The notes below the pieces were generated by a model, which was not told where the DNA came from, did no database searches, and was given only the letters and a program-made list of their open reading frames with translations. A stretch of DNA of 30,884 bases from Pyrinomonadaceae bacterium (GTDB lineage Bacteria; Acidobacteriota; Blastocatellia; Pyrinomonadales; Pyrinomonadaceae), in assembly GCA_025937955.1 (NCBI GenBank), contig JAICQI010000001.1:1-30884 (forward strand), written 5' to 3'. The first letter of the stretch is position 1. Each line of letters begins with the position of its first letter. A program made the translations under genes and the position numbers. Shown piece after piece: positions 7,679 through 15,101 of the stretch.

Positions 7679-8584
7679 GTGGCCTCGGTTCGCACACAAA
7701 AAGAGATTCGACAGCGAGCCCCCATCTGGCTCGTGACGTTGCTCGTCGCCAATCTCGTCATCATGGCAGTAGACGCGCGCGACGCCGATGGCCAACACAA
7801 AGTGCTCCGCATCTGGACGCAAACCTTTGCTTCACCACTGCAGAGTGCATCTTCAAAAGCCAGCGGCGCCACCACCGGGTTCTTCCAGCAAATCTGGAAC
7901 TTCCGCAGCACGGCGCAGGAAAACGAACAACTAAAAGAACGCCTGACGCAGGTTGAAACGGAACTCAATAACGCGCGCCAGGCGACTATCGAAAACGAAC
8001 GGCTCAAAGGACTGCTTGGCCTCAGCGAACAAACCGATATTAAGAGTGTTCCCGCGCGCGTCATCGCGCGAGATCCTTCAGTGTGGTTCAACACGATCAC
8101 GATCAATCGCGGCAGTAGTTCAGGAATCCAAATGAACATGCCTGTGGTAACTCCCGGCGGAATCGTGGGGCGCGTCATCACCGTTAGTCCCTTTGCGTCC
8201 CAGGTCATGTTGCTCACCGATGAAAAAGCAGGCGCCGGCGCCGTTGTCGGTCAACTCGGACAATCGGGCGCGCTCGGTTCGGTGCGTGGCCGGGCCGATC
8301 TCGGAGTGGCGCTGATCGAAATGCGTTACGTGTCGGGTACGGAGAAAGTTGAAGTCGGCGACAACGTGATGACGACCGGTCAGGACGGAATTTATCCGGC
8401 TGGTTTGAACGTGGGCCGAGTTGTTGACGTAAAAAGCGGAACCGCCACGCAGGCCCATCAGATTCTCATTCAACCCGGCGCCCAGCTCGATCGCCTTGAA
8501 GACGTTGCTGTGCTTTTATATCACCCCCCGCCACGTTCAGTCCCCGAACAGACACCGCAGAACGCAGACAGATCCAGGAGATGA
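7679..8584 (+). CDS. mreC: Rod shape-determining protein MreC
   Basis: GTG start, N-terminal TM, coiled coil (ENEQLKERL...ENERLKGLL), ARVIARDPSVWFNTITINRGSSSG, GIVGRV, GDNVMTTGQDGIYPAGLNVGRV. Operon position fits. Start codon uncertain. Confidence 0.93.
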   Translation: MASVRTQKEIRQRAPIWLVTLLVANLVIMAVDARDADGQHKVLRIWTQTFASPLQSASSKASGATTGFFQQIWNFRSTAQENEQLKERLTQVETELNNARQATIENERLKGLLGLSEQTDIKSVPARVIARDPSVWFNTITINRGSSSGIQMNMPVVTPGGIVGRVITVSPFASQVMLLTDEKAGAGAVVGQLGQSGALGSVRGRADLGVALIEMRYVSGTEKVEVGDNVMTTGQDGIYPAGLNVGRVVDVKSGTATQAHQILIQPGAQLDRLEDVAVLLYHPPPRSVPEQTPQNADRSRR

Positions 8585-8602
8585 AGCGATTGCCATCTTT
8601 CT

Positions 8603-9145
8603 ATGTCGCAGCTTAAGATCGCCGTAGTTCTGTTAGTCTCTATCCTGCTCCAGCTTTTGCTGCGCGAGGTTTGGCGCCCACTCTCTTATATCGACTTTCC
8701 CCTCGTTGTTGTTGTTTACATCGCCTTGCAACGTGACGCCTGGCAGGCGTTGCTGGTCGGTACACTCGCAGGATTGATCGTTGATGCTGCCAGCGGTGGC
8801 TTGATTGGCGCAGGAGGTTTTTCCAAGACTCTGACGGCGTATGTCATCTATTTCGCGGCGACGCGCGTAAATCTCGAAAACCCGCTGTTGAGAATTCCGG
8901 TGCTCGCCGCGGGTTCGTTGCTCGATTCGGCAATCTACGTTTTCTGGCACCGGGTGCTGGGGTATCCACCGGCCGTTCCGTTCGTGCAGACAATGTCATA
9001 TAAACTAATTGCCACGACCGTCGCCGGAACGCTGGCGCTCTACATAATCGATGCGCTGGTCGCGGAGCGATCGGCACAACGGCGTCAATTCGCAACTCGT
9101 CGTCGCGTTGCTCGACGTTCGACGGGACCGCTGAGGAGGAGGTGA
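8603..9145 (+). CDS. mreD: Rod shape-determining protein MreD
   Basis: Hydrophobic 180-aa protein with DFPLVVVVY and GTLAGLIVDAASGGLIG, lying between mreC and mrdA. Arg-rich C-tail. Confidence 0.88.
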   Translation: MSQLKIAVVLLVSILLQLLLREVWRPLSYIDFPLVVVVYIALQRDAWQALLVGTLAGLIVDAASGGLIGAGGFSKTLTAYVIYFAATRVNLENPLLRIPVLAAGSLLDSAIYVFWHRVLGYPPAVPFVQTMSYKLIATTVAGTLALYIIDALVAERSAQRRQFATRRRVARRSTGPLRRR

Positions 9146-9200
9146 AGTGCTTCAGTGCAACTAAGTGGAACGAACAAAGCACTAAGCACTAAGCACTAAG
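9145..9200. repeat. Class B inverted heptamer array (AAGCACT units) filling the mreD-mrdA gap
   Basis: Left AAGTGCTTCAGTGC (9145-9158); right AAAGCACTAAGCACTAAGCACTAAG (9176-9200), ending directly at the mrdA ATG. Confidence 0.75.
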
Positions 9201-11168
9201 ATGAAATTCGAAGACACATCTCAGAACCTTCGGGCGCGCCTGCGGTTTATCCAGGTGCTCGTGATCCTCATGCTCGGCCTGCTCAGCGTTCGGCTCTACG
9301 TCTTGCAGGTGGTCAGAGGCGAGCGGTACGCCGAAATCGCCGAAAATCAGCGCCGCCGCCGTCTTCCCATCCCTGCGCCGCGTGGCGTCATTATGGATCG
9401 CGAAGGCCGCATACTTGTCGACTCGCGCCCGATTTACAACGTCATCCTCTCGCGCGAGGACGTCAAAGGTAAGGATCTGAATTCGCTCATCGAACCACTC
9501 TCGGAAGGGCTCACGGTCGACAAAGACTTCCTGCGCGAATACTTCGAGCTCGTGAAAACGATGCCGGCGTTTGAGTCGATCATGGTGAAGCAGGGTGCGA
9601 CGCCCGGTGACCTCGCCTGGGTCGAAGCACACAATCTCGAGTTCCCCGAACTACGCGTCGAGAAACAACCTCAGCGTCGGTATCCCGACAACGGCTCACT
9701 CGCGCACGTGCTCGGATACGTCGGCGAGATCAGTCCGGAGCAACTCAAGCAGCAAGCGTCAAAAGATAGGGGTCTCAAACCGGGCGATATCGTCGGCCTC
9801 AGTGGCATCGAGCAAATCTATGACGACTACCTGCGCGGGCGCGACGGTTATCGGGAGGTGGTGGTCGATAGTCGCGGGCGCATTCAGGATGAGATCGAAA
9901 TTGTCGATCCCATACCGGGTCGTGATCTGGTCACGACGATCGATCTGGATCTGCAACTGGCCGCCGAAGAGCAACTGGCAAATTCCGCAACTCAGCGCGG
10001 TGTGATCATCGCAACGGATCCGAACAATGGCGAGATCCTGGCGCTGGCGTCATATCCGACATTCGATCCGAATCTGTTTTCACAACGAATCACGACAAAA
10101 GAAGGGCGCGCCGAGTACGCCGCGCTCCTGAGCAATCCGGAAACACCGCTTCTCAATCGTGCGGTCCAAAGCCGTTATCCGCCGGGCTCCACTTGGAAAA
10201 TCCCGATGGCGGTGGCGGGCTTGAAACAGGGTGCCATCACTTTGGACCACTCGAATCTGGTCTGCGGCGGCGGCATCCAGGTCGGCAACAAGTTCACGCG
10301 CTGTATGGGGAACCACGGCTCGCCGGACGTTAGAGCCGCCATCACCCATTCCTGCGACGGTTACTTCTATCGTCTTGGCTTGAAGATGGGCATCGACGGC
10401 ATCGTCGAGATGGTTGATGAGTTTGATCTGAACAAACGTACGGGGATCGATCTTCCGAACGAAGTGGTGAGCTGGACGCCGTCGCGCGAGTTCAAACGCC
10501 GCATGCAGCCGAGAGATCCGGAATGGCGCGATATCGATACTGTCTATGCATCTTTCGGACAGGTCTACGACATCATCACGCCTATCTCTTTGTTGCGAAC
10601 GATTGCCGGAATCAGCGTTGATGGCCGTTTGTACATTCCTCACGTCCTGAAGGAAGTTAAGGCTTTCGGGACTCCGGGCACGGCTGAATATAGTCCAGTA
10701 GTAACATTCCAACCGCTCGATCCGAAGCGGCCCAATCCGAAGGTCGTTCCGATTCCTGAAGATATCGATGCGGCTGTCGTCGAGGGCATGTGGCGAGTGG
10801 TGAACGGCGGCGGCACGGGCGCGCGCATTGCGATGGCGGGCTTTGATATCGCCGGCAAAACGGGGACGGCGCAGGTGGTCGGGCTCGGTAAGGATGTCGG
10901 CAAGAACAAGGATCACGCGTGGTTTGTCAGTTATGCTCCGGCTTACAAACCAGAGATCGCGATGGTGGCTTTGATCGAGAATTCCGGGTTTGGCGGATCA
11001 CACGCAGCGCCGGCGATTCGCGGAGTTTACGACGTCTACTACCGCAAGACTCGTCACGAAGAACCGCCCGGAGCAGTGAAACAGATTGCGAAGAACCAGC
11101 CTGCTAAGCCTGAGACTGCCAAACCGGCGGCTCCCGCAGCTCAGCAAACGGCCGTTAATAATGAGTAG
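9201..11168 (+). CDS. mrdA: Penicillin-binding protein 2 (class B transpeptidase)
   Basis: IPAPRGVIMDREG, AHVLGYVGEI, GLSGIEQIYDDYLRGRDG, TTIDLDLQ, PGSTWK (SxxK), SCDGYFY (SxD), KTGTAQ, HAWFV. Confidence 0.96.
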   Translation: MKFEDTSQNLRARLRFIQVLVILMLGLLSVRLYVLQVVRGERYAEIAENQRRRRLPIPAPRGVIMDREGRILVDSRPIYNVILSREDVKGKDLNSLIEPLSEGLTVDKDFLREYFELVKTMPAFESIMVKQGATPGDLAWVEAHNLEFPELRVEKQPQRRYPDNGSLAHVLGYVGEISPEQLKQQASKDRGLKPGDIVGLSGIEQIYDDYLRGRDGYREVVVDSRGRIQDEIEIVDPIPGRDLVTTIDLDLQLAAEEQLANSATQRGVIIATDPNNGEILALASYPTFDPNLFSQRITTKEGRAEYAALLSNPETPLLNRAVQSRYPPGSTWKIPMAVAGLKQGAITLDHSNLVCGGGIQVGNKFTRCMGNHGSPDVRAAITHSCDGYFYRLGLKMGIDGIVEMVDEFDLNKRTGIDLPNEVVSWTPSREFKRRMQPRDPEWRDIDTVYASFGQVYDIITPISLLRTIAGISVDGRLYIPHVLKEVKAFGTPGTAEYSPVVTFQPLDPKRPNPKVVPIPEDIDAAVVEGMWRVVNGGGTGARIAMAGFDIAGKTGTAQVVGLGKDVGKNKDHAWFVSYAPAYKPEIAMVALIENSGFGGSHAAPAIRGVYDVYYRKTRHEEPPGAVKQIAKNQPAKPETAKPAAPAAQQTAVNNE

Positions 11169-11179
11169 CACTTAGTTAG

Positions 11180-12301
11180 ATGGTCGCGATTATTCACAAA
11201 CGTAGTTGGCGTGATTTCGACTGGCTCCTGGCCTTGCTCGCTATCGGTATCGTTCTCTTCGGAACGATCCAGATTCGTAACGCGCAGCCGACTGAGCCTT
11301 ACTGGGCCAAGCAACTCATCGGTCTCGCGATTGGTCTGGTTGCGATGCTCGCCATTGCATTTACCGACTACCGGCGTCTACTCAATCTCGCACCCGCGTT
11401 CTACATCTTTGGATTGATCCTGCTGGTGATCGTGCTCGTTCCCGGTATTGGTCTGAAGATCAACGGGCAACGTGCGTGGATCAAAGTGCCGGGTATTGGT
11501 CAGTTTCAGCCGTCTGAGTTTGTGAAGGTAACGACGGCGATGATGCTGGCGCGTTACTTCGGGAAGAACCGCCTGCAGGTGCTGAATGTCAAAGAGATGA
11601 TTGTGGGCGGGATCATTCTCGCGTTGCCGATTGGGCTCATCCTATTAGAGCCGGATGTTGGTTCGGTGCTCACTTACCTTCCGATTCTCGCGGTCGTGCT
11701 GTTTCTATCTGCGATTCGATTGAGACTGGTGATTGCGAGTGCTTTACTCGCGGTGGTGCTGGTTCCCGGTGCTTATGTCCTCGGCGTCAAGACAGGCGCA
11801 ATAAAACCTTATCAGCAGGAACGAATCAACGTGATTCTCGATCCGGAAAACGCTGATCGGCGTCGGATTGGTTATCACACCTGGCAGTCGATCCTGACAG
11901 TCGGTGAAGGAGGCTTATTCGGCTCGCGTTCTTCCGTCGAACACTCGCAGAGCGGTTTGAAGTTTCTTCCCGAGCCACACACCGATTTCATCTATGCTGT
12001 TACCGCCGAAAACTCCGGCTTCATCGGCTGCGTGTTAGTCCTGCTGGCTTACGTAATACTGCTCTCCCGTCTAATCACGGGCGCGCGGCGTGCGTCCGAC
12101 CGCATGGGCATGCTCTTCATCATGGCCTTCGTCGGCGGACTCACCTTTCAAATCTTCATCAACATCGGCATGGCCCTGGGCATCTCGCCCGTCATCGGCG
12201 TCCCCCTCCCCCTGATGAGCGCCGGCCTCGCCTCCCTCATCGCCACCTTCATCGCCATCGGCTTCGCGATTAGTGTGCAGCTACGCCGGTTCGTGAATTA
12301 G
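11180..12301 (+). CDS. rodA: Rod shape-determining protein RodA (SEDS peptidoglycan glycosyltransferase)
   Basis: GQRAWI, FQPSEFVK, LEPDVGS, PYQQERI, LPEPHTDFIY, NIGMALGISPVIGVPLPLMS. Lies downstream of mrdA. Confidence 0.94.
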   Translation: MVAIIHKRSWRDFDWLLALLAIGIVLFGTIQIRNAQPTEPYWAKQLIGLAIGLVAMLAIAFTDYRRLLNLAPAFYIFGLILLVIVLVPGIGLKINGQRAWIKVPGIGQFQPSEFVKVTTAMMLARYFGKNRLQVLNVKEMIVGGIILALPIGLILLEPDVGSVLTYLPILAVVLFLSAIRLRLVIASALLAVVLVPGAYVLGVKTGAIKPYQQERINVILDPENADRRRIGYHTWQSILTVGEGGLFGSRSSVEHSQSGLKFLPEPHTDFIYAVTAENSGFIGCVLVLLAYVILLSRLITGARRASDRMGMLFIMAFVGGLTFQIFINIGMALGISPVIGVPLPLMSAGLASLIATFIAIGFAISVQLRRFVN

Positions 12302-12305
12302 ATTT

Positions 12306-12989
12306 CTAATCCGTGTTATCCGTGTCAATCTGCGGCTGAATTAAATATTTGTCGAAGCCGGCGCGGACGAGGACTTCGAACGCTGCCCACACATCGTCCG
12401 GAATCTCCTGCTCGATCTGATACCCACGCGCAGGATAAAGTTTTATTCTCTGTAGATCGCCCACCATTATACTGACGACGTCGGCCGCCGATAGCGAACT
12501 GTTAGCGTATTCCGCGAGATAGCTTCGAAATGAGACCGGAGGCGACGTAACGATCAGATCTTTCTCGGGCCAGAGTTTGCGAAAAGTTGCATAGCTGCGC
12601 CGCTCCATGTAGGGCTTCTGCACGACGATGAAATTGTGCGGGTTGAGACCTTTGTCGGCGAGTAGTCTCTTTGTGAACGCGATGTTCTCACCGGTGTTTG
12701 TCGAGTGTGCTTCAATCAGAATACTTTCACGCGGCACGTTCAAACTCATCGCGATGCGGGCGAAGCGCTCGGCTTCAGGCTCGCTCCAGAGACTTCTGGT
12801 GATCGCGCCGTGCCCGCCGGAGAAGATGATGAGCGGCGCCCAACCTTCGAGAAATAGTTGCGCGCCTCGCTCTGCAACTCTCTCGTCGTGACTGCAAAGC
12901 ACCAGGATCGCGTCCGCTTTCGCGACCTGGTGCTTCATCAAATGGTAGTCCCAGATTTTTTCGGCCAGCGCAAACGTCTGTTGGTCCAT
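12306..12989 (-). CDS. YdcF/ElyC/SanA (DUF218) family protein
   Basis: ADAILVLCS, LIIFSGG, EAERFA, ILIEAHSTNTGENI, IVVQKPYMERR. Confidence 0.88.
   Translation of the reverse strand: MDQQTFALAEKIWDYHLMKHQVAKADAILVLCSHDERVAERGAQLFLEGWAPLIIFSGGHGAITRSLWSEPEAERFARIAMSLNVPRESILIEAHSTNTGENIAFTKRLLADKGLNPHNFIVVQKPYMERRSYATFRKLWPEKDLIVTSPPVSFRSYLAEYANSSLSAADVVSIMVGDLQRIKLYPARGYQIEQEIPDDVWAAFEVLVRAGFDKYLIQPQIDTDNTD
12308..12337. repeat. Class A half-element encoding the YdcF C-terminus
   Basis: AATCCGTGTTATCCGTGTCAATCTGCGGCT (three units). Its reverse complement encodes PQIDTDNTD followed by the stop. Confidence 0.8.
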
Positions 12990-12995
12990 AGGTAC

Positions 12996-13490
12996 TTACG
13001 CGCCGGCCCTGATCGCTCCCAGTGTCAGACGAATCCCACCGAGGTGGTAAGCAGTATGAACGAGTATCGATAACGCACCCACGATGTCGTATTTACCATC
13101 CCATCGCTCGAAAGAGTTGATGGTGGCTAATGCCTTTGCGTGACTCTGTCGCAAACGCTCCTTGATGTCCTCCCACTGCTCAGGCGTGACCTCGCGAACA
13201 GTTTCCCAAATCTCACGCCAGTTGTTCTGTTTGTCGATACCGGTGCGCATGAAGTCGTCGAGGACATCAAGATAAAAGCGAGCATGCTCGACTTGCGCGG
13301 CGATAGTGGCGGAGTTCGCAGAGATAGCCCGCGATGCTTCCATCGCGGAAACTCCTTCCAGCGTTTCAAACAACGTGGTTCCTTTGTCGAGATAAATCCC
13401 GCGAACATTCGAGAAAGTTTCCTGGAGACATAACAGCAGCGCCTTCTTAAAACGTTCGACCGGTATCTGAGCAGACATCTTTGCTTCCAT
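12996..13490 (-). CDS. DinB/YfiT-like four-helix protein
   Basis: TIAAQVEHARFY and C-terminal HTAYHLG (His...HxxxH pattern of the DinB superfamily). AAGGAG RBS 9 nt upstream. Alternative starts at 13493 and 13478. Confidence 0.65.
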   Translation of the reverse strand: MEAKMSAQIPVERFKKALLLCLQETFSNVRGIYLDKGTTLFETLEGVSAMEASRAISANSATIAAQVEHARFYLDVLDDFMRTGIDKQNNWREIWETVREVTPEQWEDIKERLRQSHAKALATINSFERWDGKYDIVGALSILVHTAYHLGGIRLTLGAIRAGA

Positions 13491-13507
13491 CACACCTTAC
13501 TCCTTGT

Positions 13508-13705
13508 TTAAGCCGCAGCCTCTTCGTTAACGGTGGCTGCTTCCGGTTTACCCTTCTTCGAAGTCGGATCCAGCACGCGTGCCAGCAGCGGGATGAACGC
13601 GAAGCTGACTGGCGCCAGCAACGTGATCACAATCGCGAATACAGCGTCGCTAAAAAAGACCACGCGCTCGAAGCTCAGCAAAGCGTCGGGTTCATGTTTA
13701 TCCAT
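13508..13705 (-). pseudogene. TMEM175/DUF1211 K+ channel family gene with a large in-frame internal deletion (65 aa mini-ORF)
   Basis: ERVVFFSDAVFAIVITLL matches the RxxxFSD TM1 signature. It joins directly to a terminal hydrophobic segment and charged tail. The GAGG RBS, ATG and TAA are intact. Confidence 0.7.
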
Positions 13706-13720
13706 CAATTCGCCTCAAGT

Positions 13721-13772
13721 GCCGCGGATAAACGCGGATAAATCCGGATTTTATCCGGGTTTATCCGTGGCT
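13721..13772. repeat. Class A palindromic element overlapping the end of the FlaR-like gene
   Basis: GCCGCGGATAAACGCGGATAAATC / GATTTTATCCGGGTTTATCCGTGGCT. The right arm encodes ATDKPG-stop on the minus strand. Confidence 0.85.
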
Positions 13773-14272
13773 AATAACCGCAAAAATTTCCGGACTTCAC
13801 GGGGAGAATGCAGCCATACGACTTGTTTTCCTTCGGCTTGTTCGCTTAGCAGTTTAATGACTTTTGGTCTTGATCTATGTGAATAATTCCAGACCCAGAG
13901 AATAAAGTCGAGATCGAGCTTTTCGTTACAACCCTCAGCCATGTCAGGCCGCGAACGGTTTCGATAGAGCAATCGTCTCTTCAGTACCCGCCACAGGCAC
14001 AACAATCGCGACATGTCGAGAAAAACTATCGTGTCGCAATGCCGAAGTCTGAGCCCGAGCGTGCCTCCGAAGTTACCATCGAGGATCCACGCGTCGCCAC
14101 TGACTAACTGCGTTACCGTCCGTAACCACTCGTCTTCCGAAGGCTTGGACCACCCTGAGCGCCAGTAAGCCGAATCGAGATGGCTAACTTCGATATCGAG
14201 CGCCTCTCCCAACTGCCTTGCAAAAGTCGACTTCCCAGCACCCCCAGGACCGATCACCAAAACCCGTTTCAT
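13751..14272 (-). CDS. FlaR-like (DNA topology modulation protein / adenylate kinase-like) P-loop protein
   Basis: VLVIGPGGAGKSTFARQL, HLDSAYW, WILDGNF, DTIVFLD, RSRPDMAEGC. Confidence 0.85.
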   Translation of the reverse strand: MKRVLVIGPGGAGKSTFARQLGEALDIEVSHLDSAYWRSGWSKPSEDEWLRTVTQLVSGDAWILDGNFGGTLGLRLRHCDTIVFLDMSRLLCLWRVLKRRLLYRNRSRPDMAEGCNEKLDLDFILWVWNYSHRSRPKVIKLLSEQAEGKQVVWLHSPREVRKFLRLLATDKPG

Positions 14273-14613
14273 ACACGCCCGACTCTTCGATCACCATTGA
14301 CCATCAACTCACAAGCTTTAAAAGCGTACTCTTCGAAGTACTCGAGGCGCGAAGCGAGAACTACCCACGCCTTCTTACCGGAGCGCCAGAGATAGCGTCT
14401 CGGCAGATCCGGAAATTCCCGGCTCAGACTATCAACGTGCTCGGTCGTAGTAAACAACCATAACCCGTTTGTCGCCGGCTTTTTCTCGCTGTCGCGCAAC
14501 GCGCACAGAAGCTTCTCGTCGAGATAGACGTAAGTGAAACCAAACATACGCTTCACAACCGGCCGGATCGGCTGCAACTCGTCCAGTACGAATGGAAATG
14601 GGTCGCGTCTCAT
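14269..14613 (-). CDS. TfoX-N-like small protein
   Basis: VKRMFGFTYVYLDEK resembles the TfoX-N K/R-MFG motif. GGGGAG RBS before ATG 14613. Its stop overlaps the FlaR-like start (ATGA). Confidence 0.6.
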   Translation of the reverse strand: MRRDPFPFVLDELQPIRPVVKRMFGFTYVYLDEKLLCALRDSEKKPATNGLWLFTTTEHVDSLSREFPDLPRRYLWRSGKKAWVVLASRLEYFEEYAFKACELMVNGDRRVGRV

Positions 14614-14629
14614 AAGCTCCCCCACTGTC

Positions 14630-14666
14630 TAATCCGTCCTCAGTGCGTTAATCTGTGAACAAATCT
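14630..14666. repeat. Degenerate class A remnant in the divergent tfoX-like/VOC gap
   Basis: Right-arm-like units AATCCGT, AATCTGTG and AAATCT without a matching left arm. Confidence 0.4.
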
Positions 14667-14688
14667 ATGTGCTGAAAGGAACCATGGA

Positions 14689-15096
14689 ATGGCGCCACCA
14701 CTCTACCGGATCATTCTGCAAGTGGACAATCTCGACAAGGCCGAAGAGTTTTATGGAAAGCTGCTCGGCGACCGTGGCCGGCGCATTCCGCGCGCCTCGC
14801 GTCATTACATTGATTGTGGCCCGGTTATTCTGGCGCTGGTCGATGTTAACGGCGAAGGCATTCCCGGCCTCGAGCCGAAGCCACTGCCCGATTACATCTA
14901 TTTCGCGGTAAGCGACGTCGAAGCAGTCTATCAACGAGCGCAGGAGTTGCAATGTCTCTCGACTGAAGATGTACATGGCGAGAGCGCCGGTGATCTCGTC
15001 AAACGTCCCTGGGGTGAGCGCTCGTTTTACGTTCACGACCCGTGGGGAAACGGACTTTGCTTCGTCGACGAGAGCACATTATTCACTGGCAAGTAA
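14689..15096 (+). CDS. VOC (glyoxalase/bleomycin resistance-like) family protein
   Basis: IILQVDNLDKAEEFYGKLLG, YIYFAVSDVEAVYQRA, RPWGERSFYVHDPWGNGL. AAGGA RBS. Confidence 0.88.
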   Translation: MAPPLYRIILQVDNLDKAEEFYGKLLGDRGRRIPRASRHYIDCGPVILALVDVNGEGIPGLEPKPLPDYIYFAVSDVEAVYQRAQELQCLSTEDVHGESAGDLVKRPWGERSFYVHDPWGNGLCFVDESTLFTGK

Positions 15097-15101
15097 GCAT
15101 T

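Noticed and set aside
9145-9200. CIRCE (HrcA) operator
   Set aside because: The AGCACT units resemble TTAGCACTC, but arm order and spacing do not match TTAGCACTC-N9-GAGTGCTAA.
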